A DNA stretch of 52,956 bases, taken from NCBI GenBank assembly GCA_002633005.1, contig NMRA01000597.1:1-52956 (forward strand), written 5' to 3'. This document shows positions 48,582 to 52,956 of the stretch, piece by piece; positions within the stretch are counted from its first letter, which is position 1, and the number at the start of each line of letters is the position of its first letter. The position numbers were made by a program, and so were the translations under genes. This DNA comes from Phoronis australis. Its lineage: Eukaryota; Animalia; Phoronida. Under the pieces are notes generated by a model. The model made no database searches and was not told where the DNA came from. It saw only the letters and a program-made list of their open reading frames with translations.

Positions 48582-49687
48582 CTGTAAGGACAAGACTCTG
48601 ATCAGTTGAGGTGTAAAAGATAACTAAACATTTTTACACCTGTGCCTTCTGTGAAAAAGCAAGTTTTGACATAGGTCACTTAATGTTACAAAATAGGTCT
48701 GACCTAGATCGTTTCTCCCTCAGCTTAGAACCGATTTCTGGCTCTGCTGGAAGAAATGACAGATATTTATTTCTTCACACGTGGCTCATAAAATTTCTGT
48801 TCATGTTGTGAACTCAAATTTTATGAGGATAGCTATCAGATCTTTAAAAGGCCAGAAATCACCTCCAGTTTGTCTAACAGAAATTTTGAGACCACTTTTG
48901 TAGTAGTAAATAGCCTAAATCATAAGTTCTTTTTAACACAAAGTTTGACTTTAATAGCGTTTTAATACACATTAATTTTATGAATTACATAATCAAAAAT
49001 ATCACAAAAGTTGAGTATCTTGATTCTGTTTCTTTCAGGCCAAGGACCATAAGAAAACTGATTAAAAATGACAGAGCCTGATGTCATGTAATCTTTAGTT
49101 CAGCTTCTGACAATAGGTGGTGCTGGAGGTGGTTTGGTTGTGCAGACTGTTTGCTCATCAAGTTTTACAGTGAACTGCTCTGCAATTTTCCGTCAACATA
49201 TCTCCCACCGGCTCTGGTCAATGATGTTGTGGTTTTGTCAGGACTGTGAACTCTCATCTGTCGTTCACAAGTTCTGAACTACGAAGCAACATTTGGTTTC
49301 TTCAGGACTGTGCAAACTGGACACTGAGGTCTTACCCTCCGGCTTGTAATGTTGTTTTTGTTGTTTAGTTGAAACTATACTAACTTTCTTTCTTATCTCA
49401 AAACCCTTATATTGGTTCTACAGCACTGTGGTGCATGTAACGAGGTTAAAGGGCGATTTATATCGTAAGCCGACATGTCAGGCAAGTACGATCCGACTCA
49501 TACGGGAGTCCCCACAAGAGAACACCTCACAGGTATTCCTATCCATACACATAATCCATGCAGGGCTCCATTAAGCAAGACTGGATAGTGGTCAAGCGTG
49601 CAGGATATTTACAAAACGGTACCTTCACTGAGTATAGAGTTCCCAATAAACACGGATGGACAGGGGTCAACTGTGCAAGCTACTTAC

Positions 49688-49849
49688 TTTAATAAGAGTA
49701 TCTCCACTCAAAATAGACCATCCTTTAGCTGTGTCAATGACAGCGTCCCCGTGGACAACAGGTACAAACCCAGCTGCCACGAGATGGCGCAGCCCGGCAA
49801 CATTATCTTGAATCACGACACCATTGTTTGTTACCCAGCTACCACATGC
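49688..49849 (-). CDS. IPK: IPK-like internal exon (not in the ORF track)
   Basis: CCTTTTAG / GTAAGT, 54 codons ACGSWVTNNG...AGFVPVVHGDAVIDTAKGWSILSGDTLIK containing the PVxHGD and ILSGD motifs. Confidence 0.9.
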
Positions 49850-51818
49850 CTAAAAGGTAGAAGCACACACTGTCTATAAGAAAGTTCCAGCAAAGTTATG
49901 CGAAATAAGCTTTCAAAGGTACTGGAGTACCCAGTGAGGTTATGCAGGACTCTAGAAAAATGTCCAAGATTGACTAACTGTGTAAAATCACTTGTCAGGA
50001 ATGACTGACCAGATTCATAAGTAACTTTCAGATTGCTTCATGCACTGTTCAAAAAACCGAGCTAGGATGTGCTTTTAAAATAGTCCACTTCGCATAGGCT
50101 ATCAAAAATATGACTATAATGATTTTCATGAAAAAATCCAAGGTTGTATAAAACGAAAGTGAAACGATAATTTAGAAAACTGCAACGTCACAGGTTGCAG
50201 TGACACACTTACCCAGGCCACAACGACCATAAAAACAGGTTGCCGTGACACATGCAAACAAGTCACGGAATACACTGGAGTTACGCCATGTCAAGCCAAA
50301 AAGCACATTTAGTTCTGATTTGTAACCTGGCTCATTTTGAGACATGCCCTCAATGACTAAGAAAAAAAATCCAAACATTACCAACTGCAGCCATGGTGTC
50401 ATCTGTTTTGAAAAGCTCTACAAAGGCACGGAAGCAAGATTTACAATTTGGTGGTTTACCAAGCCAGGGTTTGACAAAAGTAGGTGATTGCTTATGAGTG
50501 GAAAAAGCAAAATTGGCCTCATTCATATCAGATGTTCAGCAGTAAAGTTACCCTTGTCATCCATCACTTTTGGAATTATTATACATACCCAAAGGATTTG
50601 CTGCAACCGTAAGGCTAGTTGCCGACAAAAGTTAAATCGGTCCTCTCTAACCAACAAATTTATTTGAGTAGCCAAGTACACAATTTGAAATAGGAGAAAA
50701 TACAGTCACGTTCAAAAATAAACACCAAAATTCAAAAACTGACATGCCATACAAACGTTGGCAAAATTGTTGAGGATGCAAACTTGACAAATCTACGCCT
50801 GAACTCCCTCCATATGTTCGCGCTGTTCAAACTTACCCAGCTTGAACGATTGAAAAATTTTCTGTCTCAAAACTTCCGCCAGCACACAGCAAAGCAAGCC
50901 CAGGTTGAAAGACCCACTGGTACGCGAGAATGGTGCAGTGCAAATTTCACAAGAAAAAAATCTTGCGTCTGATGTTAGTAAAATATTCAATAACTAGTTT
51001 CGCATGAAATAAAAACCCTCGAAGTGCTTCAGCTTGGCGTGTAATTCCGTGTATTGGGCAATTCCATTTCATTTCTTTATTGCCACTGAAAATGTGCTAT
51101 ATAGGGAAAAATAGTTTAGTCACAAAATGTCACATGACCCCGATGTTTGCTTGTATGGCACTGCATACGTGCCATTTATGAAAAAATAGGTCAGACACAA
51201 AATTTCAGTTCGGCTTGAGATGTGAAAAAAAGGCCACGATTTGACTCTTAAAAATGTGAGAAAGGAATGGTTTTATAAATAATAAATTTGTTGCGTTGCA
51301 TGAGAGGCTGTACAGGTTGGACTTTAGATCCTGTAAGTGTCAACACAACAACCTGGTCATTGTTAGATGCACTGCAGAGGACACTAACAAGATGATGTCC
51401 CCTGTGACCACTGGCACTGGCGACGACCAACAGAGTGAAGTGATAGAAACAGGGAGTGGAAAAATTACAATACAAGCTCAAAATTCGATCACCCCTATGA
51501 GCGCTGACCACGATTCTAACCTACGAGCCCAAATTCGGAAATACGAGACCAAGTCATGCCAGCACTTATATCTTCCAGAGGACATTTTTGCCTCTGTTGA
51601 GCTCTGCAGGATGAGAAAAAACAAAAACCAAATCTCGCACCACTTTCCTTCATCTTAAGTCAGTGGATTTTCATTCATAAAAATGAGCAACTAAAGACAC
51701 TATCACACCATCAACTCAATTGCAAATAAAACCAAAGACCAGAAATATGCTTTTTGGCCTGATTCTAATTAAAGAAAGAACTCTGGTTGCCAAAGGAGGT
51801 TTGTCATGGATTACTCAC

Positions 51819-51878
51819 AGCCTGAGACACAGCAGGGACGGATGCCTCCAATAACGCGTCGACTATCATCTTGTTTAA
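51819..51878 (-). CDS. IPK: IPK-like internal exon (not in the ORF track)
   Basis: TTATTTCAG / GTGAGT, LNKMIVDALLEASVPAVSQA, phase 0/0. The N-terminal exons appear to lie beyond the window. Confidence 0.85.
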
Positions 51879-52482
51879 CTGAAATAATAAAACATTTCAT
51901 ACATCAAGTTTCCCTCACCCTGCACCTGCACATCGGGGTTCACATCCAACGTATTTAATGATAATTCACTGATTTTGCACAAAAACAATTGCAAAAGTGT
52001 CCATTTCTCAAATTTTCATTGGATGGTCACCTTTTTGGAAAAAAAAAACGGAAACTTTAGCAGGAAATGCTGTTTCAAGACATCTACACACTGTCAACCA
52101 CGCTTGTAATGGGCATATGTTCTTAATCTTTACTTTTGTAGAGAAATTTGACAGAACAGAATTTCACTTCCTGTCACATTGTGTGCTAAACGCGTGAAAA
52201 ATAACAGTAAAGTAAAAGTAATGATGACAGGATTACGTATTTGAGATCAGGGAGGATCTGGATCGCATTATTTAGTTTCAGATTTATTTTCTAGGTTTCT
52301 TTTTTCAAACTGTTACTATAGAAAGGCAAGGTCACGTCATCCTGGGAATCTGGTTCCTAGGTCCAGTTAAGAGCAGGTTGGTAAGAAGACAAAAATCAAA
52401 CTCTGTCGGATTTTTTACATCCAGAAAATACATAATTTTACCGACTTAAAACCTAGTTTACTACTGTAGATATTGGTTAAAC

Positions 52483-52701
52483 CATAGACTATAGTACATG
52501 GACCGCCAACTCCGTTTACTTTCAATGGACGAAATCTGTGGTCTTACGCACAAGCCTTTACGTCATTATTCACTGGCGACACCTGGCTCAATTATCTGGT
52601 GTAATTTCCGGCAAGTACGTCGTCTGCTAATCATGGTCGGTTGCTGTGTGACCGGTTGTTCGGCTACGCAGGCGAAATGCAGAGGCGTTAGCTTCCATAG
52701 T
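52483..52701 (+). mobile_element. P-element-like 5' end followed by a truncated THAP start
   Basis: CATAGAC at 52483; ATG at 52633 gives MVGCCVTGCSATQAKCRGVSFHS; the rest of the domain is absent. Confidence 0.55.
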
Positions 52702-52805
52702 GGACATAATCTATGGTTAAACACACACACAGTTGTTGACAAGGTCCAAAATGACCTAAAGGCAATGCTAGTACTAATATGTTTGGTTCTACATAGTGAT
52801 CTGCC

Positions 52806-52952
52806 ACCATGAACAACAGTACCATGAACAACAGTACCGGGAACAACAGCACCGTGAATAACAGTAACGTGAACAACAGTACCATGAACAACTGTTACAA
52901 TACCGTGAACAACAGTACCATGAACAACTGTTACAATACCGTGAACAACAAC
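52806..52952. repeat. 15-bp tandem repeat (CCATGAACAACAGTA)n with variant units
   Basis: Direct reading; runs to the window edge. Confidence 0.9.
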
Positions 52953-52956
52953 CCCG

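Noticed and set aside
51296-51658. 120-aa plus-strand ORF in an IPK intron
   Set aside because: No recognisable motif, true ATG start or clear splice structure.

Overview
AT-rich, intron-containing animal DNA, probably from an invertebrate (species cannot be determined), with one assembly gap (32695-33516). All calls were made by eye from motifs, splice signals and reading-frame phases; no database searches were run. Host genes: (i) the last exon of a non-RD protein kinase (+, 322-710); (ii) a terminal exon encoding the C-terminal half of a death domain (-, 6360-6585); (iii) a ZU5/UPA-domain gene reconstructed from about nine phase-consistent exons (-, 21063-24375) with a PIDD/UNC5CL-type HF[T] motif; (iv) two intact TNF-receptor cysteine-rich exons (-, 36455-38438) followed by degenerate stalk/transmembrane-like sequence; (v) a decayed malic enzyme pseudogene (-, ~41270-42360); (vi) the last three exons of an isopentenyl phosphate kinase-like gene (-, 48240-51878). 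Mobile DNA: a ~7.1 kb decayed Kolobok-like transposon with transposase remnants and a convergent P2X7-C-terminus-like ORF, a head-to-tail array plus a solo copy of a Helentron-type (HINE) element, three THAP remnants, a TAGGCAA...TTGCCTA family with 9-bp target duplications and copies as small as 56 bp, several MITE families, a tRNA-like core inside inverted repeats, and tandem repeats. The most interesting hypothesis is that the co-oriented TNFR, ZU5-UPA and death-domain segments form one cell-death/immune locus, possibly a TNFR-ZU5-UPA chimeric receptor.
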